A DNA stretch of 61,885 nt, the filler included, from Sphacelaria rigidula (lineage: Eukaryota): assembly GCA_964200075.2 (NCBI GenBank). It is 9 parts of 9 records of this genome, joined end to end, with 100 filler letters (N's around TTAATTAATTAA, not from the genome) between each part and the next. Parts side by side here need not be neighbours in the genome. Positions count along the whole stretch, not along the records: positions 48,213 to 54,999 come from CAXNAA020018082.1; positions 55,100 to 61,885 come from CAXNAA020018083.1; 7 more parts are not named here. The stretch is one strand, 5' to 3'. Below are positions 49,079 to 61,885 of the stretch, in pieces. Numbering within the stretch: the first letter of the stretch is position 1; every line of letters starts with the position of its first letter. The position numbers were made by a program, and so were the translations under genes. The notes beneath the pieces were generated by a model that did not search any database, was not told the origin of the DNA, and saw only the letters and a list, made by a program, of their open reading frames with translations.

Positions 49079-50734
49079 ACCACCTCAACTAGTAAAATTC
49101 TTACCCTTTGCGGTCCCAGGCGGCGCTTTAGCAGGTCGCAATTTTAAGACCGACATGGAGGACCCCTGGTCGAAGTCACCCCACCACGTTGGACGCCTCC
49201 TGCTATCGCGAGCTAGGCGTCTTACATCTCGATCCGCAGCTGTCGACTCCCCTCCGAACCTTCCTGACGAGACCACCCCTCCTGACGGCCAGACAGACGG
49301 GGGAGACGTTGTGGCTGCTCCCGCTGCAGCAGAGGCAGCAGCAGCGGCCGCCGCCGCCGCTTGGGCCCGTGCTACAGCCGCTTGAGTCCGTGCTACAGCA
49401 CGAGGTTGACTGTTGTGCTGTGAGCACAGCGGATGGGACGGGATGGGAAGCAAGCGAGGGAGGGGAGGGGGGGGTGTACTCATGATCATGCATGTCATAA
49501 TCATAAGACCAGGGGGAGTGTGTGTGTGAGTGCAGTGAATGCATGCTGTGCCAACAAATGGATGGTGGCATATATTCAGGGATGCGTCCTTCCACGTGTT
49601 TTCTCCCCCCTTCCTTTGTCGAGTGTTGTTATCTCCGTTAAATGTACGGAGTACTCCGTTTTTTTTTTTACCTTGCCCTGGGTATGCATTTCGTCACCAC
49701 GGCTGTATGTGTACCGGGTCAGCTAACGTGCAATCCATCAATGCATCAATCCATAAATTAATCGACTAAGCAACTCAGCAGCCACGCAGCCAATCAGGTG
49801 ACCAAACTAATAAATCAATTCACCAGGGTGAAAAGCAGGTACCATACCCTCATTCGTTCCGCCCGTCCCTCAAGCCTGGTCCGGCGCAAACCCGGAGTGA
49901 GCCGTCCCGGCTTTGCAAGGATGCGAGATCAATGGCCTTATGACTATGGCATGCAATATCACGAGTACACCAATCAAGTTACCGTTTTGTCGCCTGCGTT
50001 TTTTTGGCGGTAACCATGATGGTAGTCGAGCTGCATCATATTTTGCGGCGTGGAGAACCTCAACTCCGCGCGAATGGGGTGATAATACTACGTAGTCTTC
50101 ATTTGGTGAGACACCGTGGTGATGCTCTGGAAGTGGCTGATATCCTCACCTTTACCCAATTCGTAATCTATCTCGAGATATGGCGCGCATAAGTTTTTAT
50201 TCTAAAATCAATATATTACGAGCAGAGGCACTAGATGCCCCAAATCTGGATATCGCGTCTCAGTTTTGACAGTTGTGCTGCGAAATTTGGTACGAAGAAC
50301 CGATGGTGCATAATAAAGCTGAAAGAAACAGCTGTGTACCTTTTTTTTTCGTTTTTTTTTTCGTGTTTTCAGGGGAGTTTGAGGAGAAATAAACAGTGCT
50401 GTTGGGCCTAATCTCAATTTTTAAAGTTGTGATTTGAAACTTAGCACGGAGAACAACAGAGGTATGCTGGGAAAAAAAAAATGAGCCTTCATTTGTTTTT
50501 TGGGGGGGGGTGGGAAGGTTCGGGCTTTCTCGTAAAAAAATGGTCCTTACCATACTATCACGCCCTAGACCAGCGGAAAAAAAAATAAAAACCAACCTGA
50601 TCCATTTCTCTTGGTTCATCATGACGTGGCGAGTTCCCGCACAAAGTTTCAATACACGAACACCAAACGTGGGCCGATCAACGGCCTGCAAAATACTGTT
50701 CCGATTTTTCGCCGGCGCGGTTTCTAAAAGGCGA

Positions 50735-50993
50735 ATTCGCAGATTTTTACTCAGAGTTGAACAGTGAAATTTGGTATGGACAATCAATAGGGCATGAAAA
50801 AAAGCTGTCTGTGGGATCCCGAAGCTTTTTTTTTCCATGAGTAAAGGACAATAATCAGTTTTGAGGTGAAGAATAAAAAATGCCCTTAACTCATGAAAAA
50901 AAAACTTCGGGACCCCACAGACAACTTTTCTTCGTGCCCTGTTGATTGGCCATACCAAATTTCGCTGTCTTACTCTGAGTAAAAAATTGCGAA
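50735..50993. repeat. Long imperfect palindrome (arms ~115 bp, loop ~30 bp), MITE-like
   Basis: TTTTTACTCAGAGT...GAAATTTGGTATGG.CAATCAA.AGGGCA.GAA versus its reverse complement at 50881-50993. Confidence 0.85.
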
Positions 50994-52089
50994 AAAAAAA
51001 ATCGCCTGCAAACTACAAATCCGCTTCTAGGCTGGCACAGCCTGTATATTCTTTTTTTTCGTCCCCAGGAGACAGGAACCGTTCACCATGCACTTAGTTA
51101 TCTCTAGGTCAGTGCAGTGCAACGGAGTGCACTCCACTCGCCGTACGTACCCAGCCCTAAGGCTAGGTAGTCCGGTCAGATGCACGGGTAGGCAAAAAGG
51201 TGGGATGACCCCCCTTACTCAGGTAGTCTCGGACTTGCAAGAATCCCTCTTGATCAACTAGGTAGGGTCTTCCCCCCCTGAGCAAACGTCCTACAATGTC
51301 CCCCAGCTCGACTCTGTACACGAGTCACCCTACGCATCCGGGTGGAGGTCCTCAGATCCACGATATAGCCTTGTTCTCGTGCTTCTGTACTTCACGAGTT
51401 TACGGTCGGTGCGCCGGCCAAGTTGCAGAGCTCAAGATGGAATCTGCCACCACCCCCATGCTGTAAATATCATGTGTATATAAATATATGTATGTATAAA
51501 CAGTTCAGTGCAGAACATTGACATTTCCACACACACACACACACACACTCGCGCGCGCGCGCGCGCGGTATTTACTTGCACAAACTCCATCATATGGTGA
51601 CTTCGCCATGCCCTCCGTCACGAGACTTGTGATTTGGATCATGATCCTGCTTCGTTCCACTACTCTTCTACCTCTCACAAGATCTTCATCCTGTAGTTTT
51701 TTTTTCTCCATTTTTTTTCTTCCTCTCTTTTTCCTTTTTTTTCTATTTTTTTGTTCCGTCATGCTTTCTAGTTCCCGTCTGTTCCTCGGTACTATTTCCG
51801 CATACAATGAGTGGCTACACGCACGAGTTCCATTCGCGGATATTTTTTTATTTTTGCAGTACGCTTGGGTCGTTTTCCATCAGGATGGGGGTACATGTTA
51901 TTGTTCATCATTCTCTCATGCTCCACATGCCTAAACAACTACCGCGTGTCCTATCGTGTGTTTTGTGCGTACTCCACCTTTCACCGTATGAACACACAAA
52001 CAGTACTCATCATTCGGTTACAGTCTGAAACTTCGAAATCCGAATCGTCAGGTGAATTGGCAAATATTGCCTATTTGATTCGACCAGAA

Positions 52090-52427
52090 TTTCAAAGGTT
52101 GTGTTCTGTAGGGTACAACGTTTCGTAAACCGCGGTTATCTACCTGGGTCTTGCCCGTGTCCCACAGTTCTGTGAGTTCTCTAAGCCTCTCATAGCGGTA
52201 CCCACCGTTTTGTAAGATCTGCGCGAAATATTTACCCTCACCCGCGGTACGGGTATACCCCAGTTGCGGGTAAGCGTTTTTGTTCAACCTCCATAATACT
52301 GTACCTGACAAGTCCTGTATCCTCCGCAAGAGTTTCCATACAGGTACCTGACCGTTCTCTAGGATCTGTAAGAAGTTATTACTACTCCACTGAACATACC
52401 CTTACCCTACAGAACACGATCTTGGGA
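52090..52427. mobile_element. MITE with TIR (AAGGTTGTGTTCTGTAGGGTA) and TACC/ACCC subterminal motifs
   Basis: Right end TACCCTACAGAACACGATCTT is the imperfect reverse complement of the left end. Confidence 0.65.
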
Positions 52428-52659
52428 AGTAGGCTCACCTTATTCAAGCTGATGCTGATGCTCACGTGCTCTTTTGTGCATTTTTACGTAAATCATGATG
52501 TTAAATGCAAACAAATCATGATGTTAAATACAAACATCTGCTGTGTGCAATGTGTTGTACGGCAATGTATTCTTTTTTCGAATTATGTAGTCCAGCACCA
52601 ACCGTGTTTGTGTGTGGATTCCACCTTGCTGACCGCGTTTCAACGAGGTGTTGTTTACC

Positions 52660-52760
52660 TTGGGTGTCGTGACCGTGGGTGCGAGAGATCGAGCTAACGT
52701 AGCAGAAATAATAGTGGTGATAATTATGGCGCGTCCTTCTTGTGGATCATTATTATTATC

Positions 52761-52807
<47 letters not shown>

Positions 52808-53125
52808 AAGTAGTAGTAATAGCAGTATTTCCGCTTGTTAGTCCGATCTCGCGAACCCGTGGTCACAGACGTAGCCTCGCCTTTCCAACGCCGTCCTTGC
52901 TATTCCTTACCGGACACATTACCAAATATAAAAATAAGAAGAGAGACGCCACGAAAACCGGTGAGAAGTAGCTCCCCCGAGTTCAACGGGGAGAGAGAAA
53001 AAAAATGAAATAAAAAAAAAACACACACACACGAGCAACAAACGCCAGATCTTTCAAAAATGTACACCGAGGGAAAGGAAGGGAGAAGATAACAAAAGAC
53101 AAAACAGGAAAAGACAGGTGACACA
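52660..53125. mobile_element. RTE LINE 3'UTR copy on minus strand (53125-52760) with (TAC)n tail, facing a plus-strand LINE terminus (52660-52715)
   Basis: TTGAACTCGGGG.AGCTACTTCTC and CGTCTGTGACCACGGGTTCG are shared with 10066-10285. (GTA)n at 52762-52818. Confidence 0.78.
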
Positions 53126-53194
53126 ACGAGATTGGTACGGCCACCATGTTTGGCTTCAACTCAGGAACAAAAAAACAACCCCAGGCACCCTCAG

Positions 53195-53535
53195 ATGTGT
53201 GTTGTTGTGTGTGTGTGTGTTGTCGTCCCATTTATTCTGGGGGCCAGTCTACCCCTTTCGGGATATGTGGGCACATTAGCCGGGGTCACACAGGAGAATG
53301 GTCGACACAGGAGCTCTTTTCTTTTCTTTCATTTGTTTTTAGTATCCCCCCTTCCTTCTGCGGTGCTTGCCTTTTATTTTTTTATCGCGAGAGGGATTCA
53401 GCAGTCCCTTTCCCTCGTCGACCGTTAGGTCGAATTTTGTGTACCCACGACATANNNNNNNNNNCGGGAATCGAACCCCACAACTCAACCATCAGAAGGT
53501 TACGAGGCAACCAACGGAGCCACCGGGGCGACCGG
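53195..53535 (-). mobile_element. SINE family B copy (small N gap inside)
   Basis: Same head and body as 26100-26472, with a (CA)n tail. Confidence 0.85.
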
Positions 53536-53989
53536 CTTGCATATATACGACTCTAATTAAAATAAAAAGCTGAAACACGGAGAAAAAAGAAGGCCCGTTC
53601 TCCAAAAGTAAGAGTTTGCTCATAAGTTGATATTTTGCTCACGAAAGAGCAAGATCTTCATGTACAATTGTTGGTTGAAATTCGCTCCAACATATACCTA
53701 TACAACATTCGACAGATGGGGTTCCCGTTATCAACGATCGCGCGCGGCTTGAAAATGCCCCGAGACTCAGAGGACTGGCTGGACTGGCGTTTGTTGGGGG
53801 AAACTCTGGAAAGCTGGGACAAAGAATCAGGAGCAACAGTCTTCATCGTCTCTCAAGTGGTAAAAAGGTTGAAAAATGAAAGCACACGCGCACGCGCACG
53901 CGTAATGCTTGACCCGTTCGTTCGCGCAATTCTTCATTTTTTCAAAAGGAACACTGTGACCAAAACAGTACGTTGGAACAACGGTAATC

Positions 53990-54482
53990 GAAAAATGTAA
54001 ACGTGTTCCATAATCTACCCATGCCAGAGACAGCCTGGCGGAAAGAAACAACAGAAAATTGTCGTTCCGATATTCACCGAACCTTGGAAATAACTCAAGG
54101 ATAGACTGCAACTTACCTAAAAATAGACGGCCAGGACAGAAACAGTGAAATTCGGCTCCAAAATTCACCGAACCGCGGCAAACTGGCTGTTAAATTCACC
54201 GAACCCTGAACCCCGGGAAATCGAATCTAAGGAACACAGAAAGGCCGACGAAAAAAACAAAGAAAAATGTACACGTGTTCTAAAATTTACCCACGCCAGA
54301 GACAGCCTGGCGGAAAGAGACCACAGAAAATTGCCGTTCCGAAATCCACCGAACCTTGCAAATAACTCAAGGATAGACTGCAATTTCCCAACAAATAGAC
54401 GGCCAGGACAGAGACAACAGAATTCGGCTCCACAATTCACTGAACCCCGAATCCCGGAAAATCGAATCTAAGGAACACAGAC
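53990..54482. repeat. Direct tandem repeat, ~272-bp period, ~2 units
   Basis: GCCAGAGACAGCCTGGCGGAAAGA at 54023 and 54295. AATCGAATCTAAGGAACACAGA occurs twice. Confidence 0.9.
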
Positions 54483-56838
54483 AGGAAGGCCGACGAACAC
54501 AGCGCCCTGCGGAAGGCTGCAAACTGGCAACAACAACCACAGCGTCCATGATTGGTGTTGATTGAAATCATATTGATCATACGTTCGCACATGTCGCGCT
54601 TACACGAGTCAGACGCCTATGGTGTCAAGAAATATAATCGTGCTAACGTATGAACGTCATCTGTTGCACATGTGCTGAAAAGGCTGCGATTGCCAACTAC
54701 TGTAAAAGAAAAGGCAGAAACAAAAACCTACGAAGGAAAAATAGAAATCACGAAGTTATAAAAAAAGTACGAACGATGACGCTCCCCTCGAGTGGCGTTC
54801 AACCGTCAAAGGCTGCAGAGGTTGATCAGTTGGTGAGGCGTCCGTCGACAGGGGGTCATCCGCCACAGACAAAGGGGCGCGACAACGACGCGTCCTCCTC
54901 GAGCGCGTCGGCCCATCGGACGAAGACGGACGGACAACGCCATTTCCAGTGGAAACTTGAGTGTCCACCACGGGCGCAGCACCGGGTGCTGCGCCCGTGN
55001 NNNNNNNNNNNNNNNNNNNNNNNNNNNNNNNNNNNNNNNNNNNTTAATTAATTAANNNNNNNNNNNNNNNNNNNNNNNNNNNNNNNNNNNNNNNNNNNNT
55101 GGGCCGCTCTTGAATGCACAGCAGGTGCGGACCGTGCTTGCGAAAACAGTATATTTGCCATCATCCAACGCTTTTCACCGTTTTCCGCGGAGGTGTTTAA
55201 AAGACTATTAAAAAAAAAAAAATCCCCCGGCGTAACACTGATGCCAAGATGCGAAAGTAGGATTTTTTATTCTTCTTTAGAGTACAGTATATTTCTGGTG
55301 ACGCCCCGATGTCGTTGCACTATAATATTACGACAAAAAGTAACCAAAACCAGTCTTCAAACCAGAAACTAAGGACCGTAAAATGAGAGAGGGACTCGCG
55401 GGAGCAAAGACAGAAAATCTTTCGGTCTTCACCTCTGTGTCCCTCCATCTCTTCAATCGTACTTGCCCACCTAACCTGTGATGTTAACTCTAAAAGAATC
55501 CACTCTTCAGTGGTCAAACACACCCAACAGCTAGTTTATGCTGCACGAAGTCCTGCTCTGACCTTCCGATCCGGGATGCAAGTTTTTCCTTACTTTTACT
55601 ACTTCAACATAGAATACGTCAGCGTGCTTATGGCTCGTAGCCAGAATAAGACCCGCTGAGCCTTCAAACACCACAAAACCATCTCTGCACCCCGGACAAG
55701 GATTATTTGATCATGTTTTCCCCCGATACCCCAATGTATACATTGATATTTTCAAACTAGAACTGGTTCAGTTCAAAACCGTAAAGCCTCCGAGAGCTTG
55801 GCTCACCACATCAGCCCATTCTGTGAATCTAAATTTCATCTTTTGTTTAGATAAATTTGGTGAACAAACTCATTAAAAACGTCAAAACTCTGGTGAGCCT
55901 CAATATTTCCAATTGATACCCAAACCAGCTGCCCCAAATCCTTGAGTACGACAAAATAGACTTCCAAGAAATGCAGCATTCACTATTTTACCCTGATTTA
56001 TTTACCCCAAACTCCACAAATCGGTCCCCTTCCTCAAAGATACTGCCCGTGTTCAACCTACACGATTATTCTACCAGTCAACTTCAAAGTAAAACAGAGA
56101 AAAAAATCTCCAACTAAGGTAAGAAAATTAGGCTAGCCATGTCATCGTTCTCCTGGCGCAGCTTCGTCTTCTTCTCGTCGTCGTGTACCGATGCCGAAAC
56201 CACCCCCAATCATCTAGAATCTTGTGATGTCCGTCTTCAATTCCCATGATAGATAGTCGATGGTCTCCTCCAGCGTTCCAGCTACAGCGTATGTGCAAAG
56301 AATTTGGAAGTCCCGCGCTGCACATGAACATGCCAGCACCAATCCCCCACTTGATTCCTCGATGCGTTCAAATTCTCCAGTGATAGGTGAACGTTGAACC
56401 TCTTTCCCAGATCCAACATCCTCAAAGTGTGCGGGCGCCTCTGTAATGCCGCATCCTCTTGCAGACCCATCGCCTGGGCTAGAAGCCATCCTGTCGTCTG
56501 CATTCGATAATATATATATATATATAACAACCGACAATTTGCGGGTCATACACATGCGGACCAGCAGTGACATTGCTTCTCAACTCATAACCTTGAGCCA
56601 CAAACATTTCTCCCCGTTCGCTAGCCTCCGCTCGTCTTGCCAAATGTATGCGGTATTTTCGGTACTTCGAGTTGTCTGGCTTCTCCATTCTGGGATTTCC
56701 CATCCAGCACGTCAAAATTACCCGTCCATCTTGTGTTATTTCCTCCTCACGTTCCCAATTGGGCCTCTCCAGATTCTCCCAATATGATAGCTACTGAAAA
56801 CTGAGAGTTTTCCCCCCAAACCACGAGATACACGGTGA

Positions 56839-58247
56839 CTACAAAACAATCTTTGTGGGCTTCAGCCTATACGTGTCCAGCTGCATCGACATATCTTCCT
56901 CGGTTAGATGTAACGGAGGTGATAGTTCCGAATATTGATTCAACACATACTGACTTAAACCCCAGGGTAAAGACTTCGGCGGGTCCGGTTCATCTTTTGG
57001 ATTGAAGCACCGCTTACATCTCAACACAAAAACTCGGGGACTCATGAATGCCCCTGGCTCATTTTTCCGGAGTTCAAGCAACAGTAGTTTTTCTCCCACT
57101 AGCTCACCCTTTTCCGAAATACCCGGTCCCACCACCAAGGTTTTATACGGCTCTCGCCAGGAATGTGACAGTTTCGACGATACAGCTGTGTTTCCCCCCT
57201 TCGCGTACCGCAGTTCCCCCTGACATGATAGTACCCTCGGTGTCATACACAAAAACCTAATTTCCTACCTCCCACTTTGGCTTCCGATTTAGAACTTCTT
57301 CCACCTGCTCATTATTTGCCTCGTGTTTGGATTTTATCAGAAAGTCCTCTTGTCTCACAAGATCGTATGCTTTGGTTTGACGATCCTTCATCAACTGCAA
57401 ATATTCGAGTTGGTCCGCCTTCAGTCCTTGGTGTCGTACCACACCCCTTCTTTCTAGGATGGTGATGGGTAACCTTGGATATCTCCTGATATGCACCTCG
57501 ATCGGCGCTAACCCTATTCCTCTACTTACATTGTTGTTATGTGCAGAAATTGCGTGTAACAATAGCTCATCCCAGTCTTTCTGGTCATCTGCCACAAGGT
57601 ACGACAACATCTGACATAGCATGCTGTTCAGTCGCTCCACCATCCCGTTAGTTTGTGGATGATACGCGCTCGTGTATCGTTTCACGGCTCCCAACATCTC
57701 ATAGACTATCCTTGCCACTTTTGCTGTAAATTCCATTCCTCGATCCGACAATAACGTGTGAGGACATCCCCATCTCGGGATATAATCGTGCGCTAAGATA
57801 TTCGCACAACCTTCCGCTGTTTTCTCTTCTTTGGGTAAGAGCATACGCTTCCGCATGTCTACTAAACAAATCCACCATCAAAAGAGTGTGTGTATTCCCC
57901 TCCGTTGATCTTGGTAACGGGCCCAACAAATCAAACGAAACCATCTGCCCTGGTTGACTCCGCAGTGGTGGGGAAATAAGTGGCCACCTCACTGTGTCTC
58001 TTGGATTTTTCCGAGCTTGACATGTATAACATCTCCTGATCCAGAATTTAACACTGCCCTTCATCCCAATCCAGCAGTAATATTGCTTCAACAAAGATAA
58101 CGTGATACCTTCCCCCAAGTGAATCGCTTCTTTGTGAGTTTGATCCATTACCCAAGGTCTCAAAAGCGGTGGCACATACGTTCTGGTTGGCTCTTCTCCC
58201 AAATACCTCGCAAATCGTACCGGGTTTCGGTCCAGTTGACTGGGCAT
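56839..58247 (-). pseudogene. Gypsy integrase (zinc finger, DDE core, GPY-like), frameshifted across three ORFs
   Basis: HKEAIH...CYTC, MVDLFSR, SDRGMEF, YHPQTNGMVERLN, SKLSHSWREPY. Confidence 0.9.
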
Positions 58248-59020
58248 TGGTGTCTGCTTTTTTACTAATAATAAACTAAACCTCCGTCCGATATTTCTAA
58301 AAGTGTTCCCTGTTTCAGTAATCTTTTGAACTCGGATAGGTCAATTCGTGTGGGAACCCCCTTTTCTTGATCCTTCGTCAACACCGTCACTCGTTTTTCG
58401 AATATCCGATGACTGTTCTCGACGTGAGATCTCCCTGCTGTATTTGAGCCCAATCGTTTGCCGATTTCTGACATAAACGTTCCCCAAAATGACAGGCTTC
58501 TTCTGCTTCCAGAGTCGGTGGTACCGTTGTTAATGGCCCCGCACTACTACTTCCTTTATTGGTCGTGGGTTCAATGACTAACACGGCTCTATGTTCTTGA
58601 GGTTGTAGCAGTCTTCTCCCAACTTCCGTGATCGGACATGCATCCAAAGTCAATCCTTGTTCCCATTGTCCTCTGATCATGTCACTAATCTGTGGATAAA
58701 TTAGTGGTGTATCATCCTGTGCCACGTGCGAAGACTTGTTCACTTTTTCACTTTCCACCCGTGCGTGCACTAATACTATCCCTCGCTCTTTGTAGCTCGA
58801 TCCATTTCAGGTCAGCTTTTTCAGAGGTCGTGAGCGGTACTGCACTTACTTCTTTTCCCCCCATTTTAAAAACCGATCCAGGGTCTAGCCCATTCAAGTT
58901 TGAATCGTGGGTACTCACTACCGACCCTACATGTCCATCCCTGGTCGAGTTTTTAATGATTCTCGGCCATATTTCACCAGCGCCGATAAAATAGACATCC
59001 ATGTCTCCCCGGTCCGTTAT

Positions 59021-60550
59021 TCAGGCATCCCCAGACATATCATTATCATCCGACGGCTGTGGTAAACGAGATAACATATCCGCATTCGCGTTCACGCGTC
59101 CTGGCTTGTACTTAATTTCATAAGTGTACGCACTCAAAAAGTTGTGCCAACGCTGAACTCTCGGAACCTTTTCTGCAAGACTCAATAAATTTCGTAAAGG
59201 TTGGTGATCAGGATGGATTTCAAACGGCACTCCGTAGAATAGTGGTCTGTTCTTTTTGATAGCCCACACAACAGCCGCTGCCTCTGATTCGGACACACTC
59301 CAATTTATTTCGTTGGGGAGTGCTCCTCGACTAAGAAAAATAAGAGGTCGAACCGTGTTATCCTCTTGGCGTTGTTCCACCACCGCGCCCAGACCATCTA
59401 GAGATGCATCCGTGGTGAGCATGAATGGGCGTTTTCCCAACGCTGCATCTTCGTTGTTCGGAAATGCTGAAACTTTCGTACCGGTCAAGGATGATAACAT
59501 CTCCTTGGCTTTCGATTCGTGTTCTTGAGTAAACTGAAACCTAATCCCCTTCTTCAACAATTGCGTGAGAGGTTTGAGTTTTGCAGCCATTCTCGGAATA
59601 AATTTACGGTAGTACCCCAAACCTCCCAGAAGCGATCTGAGCTGAGATACATCGGCTGGCATTGGTATCTTGATCAAGGCCTGCACCTTGTCCTGACCAG
59701 GAGAAATTCCCTCAGCCAATATGTGATGTCCCAAAATTTTTGCTTCTTTCATCCCAACATGCGCTTTTTTCGGTGCCAACTTGAGGTTGTACTTGGTAAG
59801 TCGTTGAAAAAGACCCTCCAAGTCATCTACATGTTGTCTACCTGTTCCGCTGAACGTACATACATCATCAATATATAGACGGCATCGTTCCAACCCATCA
59901 CATATTCTCGCCATGATTGCCTGCAACCAACCTGGACTTCCACTGCACCCCATCGGCAAAACTAACCACTCATACAGACCACTCTGCGTACAAATCGCCG
60001 CCAACGGGATTGAGTCTTGATGTATAGCCACATTGAAGTAACCCGAAGTGATGTCCAAACATGAAAATATTTTGGCACCCCCTAATTCATCCAAAAGTTC
60101 CTCAAGAATCGGAATGGGCAACACCGGAATTGTTGTACTGTCCTCCAGCTTCTTGTAGTTGCACGTAATTCGAATGGAACCATCCGCTTTGTTCACAACC
60201 ACGAGCGGACTACTCCAGTTGGAATATGATCTCCGTGAAATGCCTGCTGCGAGCATGCGATCAATTTCCACTCGTACCTTCTTTTGAACCGCCGGGTTGT
60301 GACGATATGGGCGCTGTTTGACAGGCCATGTCCCCGGTTTGAGTTCAATCCTAAACGGATCCACCGTGCAATATCCCAAATTCATCTTGTCCGTTGAAAA
60401 TCGATGTGAATATTTGCACAAAAGTTCCCCCAAATTTTCAATGTCCTCAACTGGCCAATGTGCACCTTCCAACCCGAACTTTATTTTTCGCATATGTACG
60501 GGAAGCTTCACCCACATATCTTTGAATGCTCGTTGTTGTTCATTCGTCAA
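59021..60550 (-). pseudogene. Gypsy reverse transcriptase + RNase H
   Basis: 509-aa ORF with YIDD and TDAS...E...D. Confidence 0.93.
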
Positions 60551-61885
60551 CCTGCCATAACCGGAGGTTCCGTTAAATTTTGGTCAACCGTGAATATCTC
60601 CTCGGGTTTCAGATTGTTTGTTTCAGAAATCTCAACGTCCTCCAGAGAGCATGGTACCAAAGGTGCCCCCGCTGAACCTAGAGTGGTGTTTGGATGCAAC
60701 ATCTGTCCTTCTAAACCGGTATAACGGAGAGGGATAATGGATCCACCTGCTTCTACGATAATATCATGTGGGGACCAATCTGGGTCCAGAGATACATAAT
60801 AGCAGCCACTTCCGCTGGGCGTTCCGTCCATGTTACATAGTTTTACCGGAATCCATGACAATGTATCCGGTCGTATCATATCATGAGACTCATTGTATAC
60901 TACTACCATAACTTGAGCTGTTGCCGATTTCTGCTCCACAAAACCAACAGCCGTGCGGACTTGTTCCGCAAACGCACGATCAACAGAGTCAGTGTTGTTT
61001 CCTTGCAAGGTCACGGCTGCTTCGCGTCGGTTTACATCACGATACCTTCTGACCGGAAATAATCCGAGGCCATCCCGTCCTACTAGAATGTCGTAATTCA
61101 TTGTTCCGTCAGGTACAACATGGGCGTAAATAGCTAAACATGCTCGTCCGTTCTGAACTGACATTCGTGGGTTGGGTCTTCTAGGCCACAGTCTGATATT
61201 CAACCGCACCTGTGAAGAGGTACACAGCGGGACACCATTTAAACCACCCCAGGATACCGGGTCTATCTCTCGGACGCCTTTAATGGAGGCTGCCCCAACG
61301 TCAACCATTTTCTTCCATATTGAGTTAAGAATAAACGTCGCCGGGCTCCCTGTGTCCACCAAAGCCTTTACCTCCAATGTTCTAGTTGCCTTTGGGCCAG
61401 AAAATATTTGCGCCAAAGTCGAACTTTCTTCGCGGTTCAAACTCACTTCCCCTCCCATTACTTGGTTAATTTCTTCCAAGTAACGACCTTTCTTTCCTCG
61501 CGCTACCTGACTAGATATTGTCACTGCTACGCGGGTGGAGACTGGTCCGGTAGGCAAACGACTGCCAGTTCTGGGGTCCAACGCATAAATACTTTCTGCT
61601 GGGGTCACCCTTGGTTTGTTACCTTTTTCTACACCTACCCTACGCACTATGTAACTCGAAGATTCATCACGATCTGTTTGTCGTGAAATATCCTTGGATT
61701 CTCGAACGGCTCTATCGGGGAAATCGACAGTCATGCATGCCTGCACATCGTTACCGTTGCCAGACGATCCACTTTCGTGTACGGTTGCCAGATCGAGAGT
61801 AGGACCAGCCAAGCTCGATCCCCCCTGATTCTCATTACTGTTGCCCCGACTGTCGTGAGCTGTTGAGCTACGAACATCGTGATCT
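60547..61885 (-). pseudogene. Gypsy aspartic protease region (frame open to the window end)
   Basis: KALVDTGSPATFI and DILVGRD motifs. Confidence 0.85.

Larger units (their letters stand above)
56128..61885 (-). mobile_element. Degenerate Ty3/Gypsy LTR retrotransposon pol (PR-RT-RH-INT-chromo-like); gag and 5' LTR lie outside the contig
   Basis: Domain order and motifs: ALVDTGS; WSSPLVVV, LDITSGY, LPMG, YIDD; TDAS, HPDHQPL, NANADMLSR; H..H..C.TC, FDLLGP, SDRG, TNGMVER. Several frameshifts and stops. Confidence 0.96.

Noticed and set aside
51529..51567. (CA)n(CG)n potential Z-DNA tract
   Set aside because: Ordinary microsatellite with no supporting context.
6789..55099. Regular 6.9-kb periodic TTAATTAATTAA motif as a biological repeat
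   Set aside because: It is embedded in fixed N44 pads and is a six-frame-stop contig linker.
55100..56127. 3' LTR/PPT of the Gypsy element; a tRNA-Trp PBS-like TGGTGACGCCCCGATGT near 55296
   Set aside because: No second LTR to compare and no clear PPT-TG junction. The PBS-like motif is imperfect and on the opposite strand.
60540..60560. Programmed frameshift between protease and RT ORFs
   Set aside because: No slippery heptamer is evident, and the element has many other disabling frameshifts and stops.

Overview
This is not one contiguous locus. It is nine unrelated eukaryotic contigs of 6786-6788 bp, sorted by length and joined by 100-bp artificial linkers (N44-TTAATTAATTAA-N44). Short GT-AG exons, long TE-filled introns, TTAGGG repeats and the TE repertoire suggest a stramenopile, most likely a brown alga (inference). 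Most ORFs in the supplied track are spurious. Spliced genes reconstructed by hand with phase-consistent junctions: a complete 3-exon nucleotide-diphospho-sugar transferase (GT77-like), one CCDC113/CFAP263 exon, four exons of an unknown gene, five exons of an ABCA transporter, the last two exons of a small algal membrane protein, and one orphan exon. Mobile DNA dominates: a degenerate RTE-clade LINE, a degenerate Ty3/Gypsy element, two tRNA-derived SINE families, two LINE 3'-end families associated with poly(C) tracts, and many MITEs, often nested. No prokaryotic defence system is present. The most unusual signals are a CRISPR-like repeat/spacer array inside a TIR/TSD-bounded element, LINE ends that insert at C-tracts, MITEs carrying telomeric repeats, and a ~400-bp-arm foldback just upstream of the glycosyltransferase. 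All calls were made by eye; no database searches were run.
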